Source: Octopus bimaculoides (lineage: Eukaryota). Taken from it: 64,000 nt of DNA. A program made the position numbers and the translations under genes. Below are positions 63,548 to 64,000 of this stretch, piece by piece; positions within the stretch are counted from its first letter, which is position 1; each line of letters begins with the position of its first letter. Location: contig NC_068982.1 of NCBI RefSeq assembly GCF_001194135.2, forward strand, positions 59,676,998 through 59,740,997, in the 5' to 3' direction. Below the pieces are notes generated by a model. That model was not told where the DNA came from. It saw only the letters and a program-made list of their open reading frames with translations, and did not search any database.

Positions 63548-64000
63548 TTGATGATGGTCGTCATCATGATAATGTTAATGACATCAGTAACAATGATGTT
63601 GTTATGATGATGATGATGATGGTGATGACAACGATGATGATGATAATTATGAGGTCGAATTGGTGGTGGTGGTAGAGGTGGTGATGATGACGATGATGAT
63701 GATGACGTCAACAATGATGACAATGATGATGAGATTGAACTGGTAGTGGTGACGATGAAAACGACAATGATGACTGAGAGCAGCATTGACAATGATGATG
63801 AGATGGATGTCGACGACGACGACGACAATGATGATGATAATGATGATGATGATGATAGTAATGATGATGATAGTGATGATGATGATGAGGAGGATGTGGA
63901 GGAGGCGGAGGATGTTGATGAGGATGATATTGATGAGGATGAGAATGATGATGATGATGATGAGGATGATAATGATGATGATGATGATGATGATGATGAT
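62540..64000. repeat. (TG)n, (CTT)n and long cryptic (GAT)n tract
   Basis: Directly visible; source of the poly-M/D/S/I ORFs. Confidence 0.9.

Noticed and set aside
43890-64000. Long ORFs rich in X, YI, HT, poly-M/H/D/S/L
   Set aside because: They are translations of microsatellites and N gaps, not proteins.

Overview
Eukaryotic, strongly AT-rich, repeat-dominated scaffold with many N-gaps and (TA)n/(CA)n/(GA)n/(GAT)n microsatellites. The repertoire (tRNA-derived SINEs, GAT-tailed RTE-type repeats, mariner MITEs) looks like an octopod genome; this is my inference from recalled repeat motifs. I found no confidently identifiable host protein-coding gene. Nearly all ORFs in the track are microsatellite or gap artefacts, or decayed transposons. 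Recognisable relics: RTE, Hero/R2-group and CR1/Jockey-like LINEs, Penelope-like GIY-YIG fragments, Merlin, MULE, mariner and hAT transposases, a Helitron 3' end, several MITEs, and four SINE families (my labels A-D). The most interesting signal is a dispersed set of type I hammerhead ribozyme (HHR) motifs with palindromic stem III, several with long loop II. One is fully canonical (45833-45942, minus), one is nearly intact (35697-35797), and several are decayed, including a pair inside an inverted-repeat element. Also notable: a pri-miRNA-like hairpin (39003-39075), a templated inverted insertion inside a SINE (60691-61259), a Merlin-type MITE nested in a Merlin transposase with a perfect 8-bp TSD, and a foldback element with a telomere-like core. 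Boundaries of decayed elements are approximate and read by eye.
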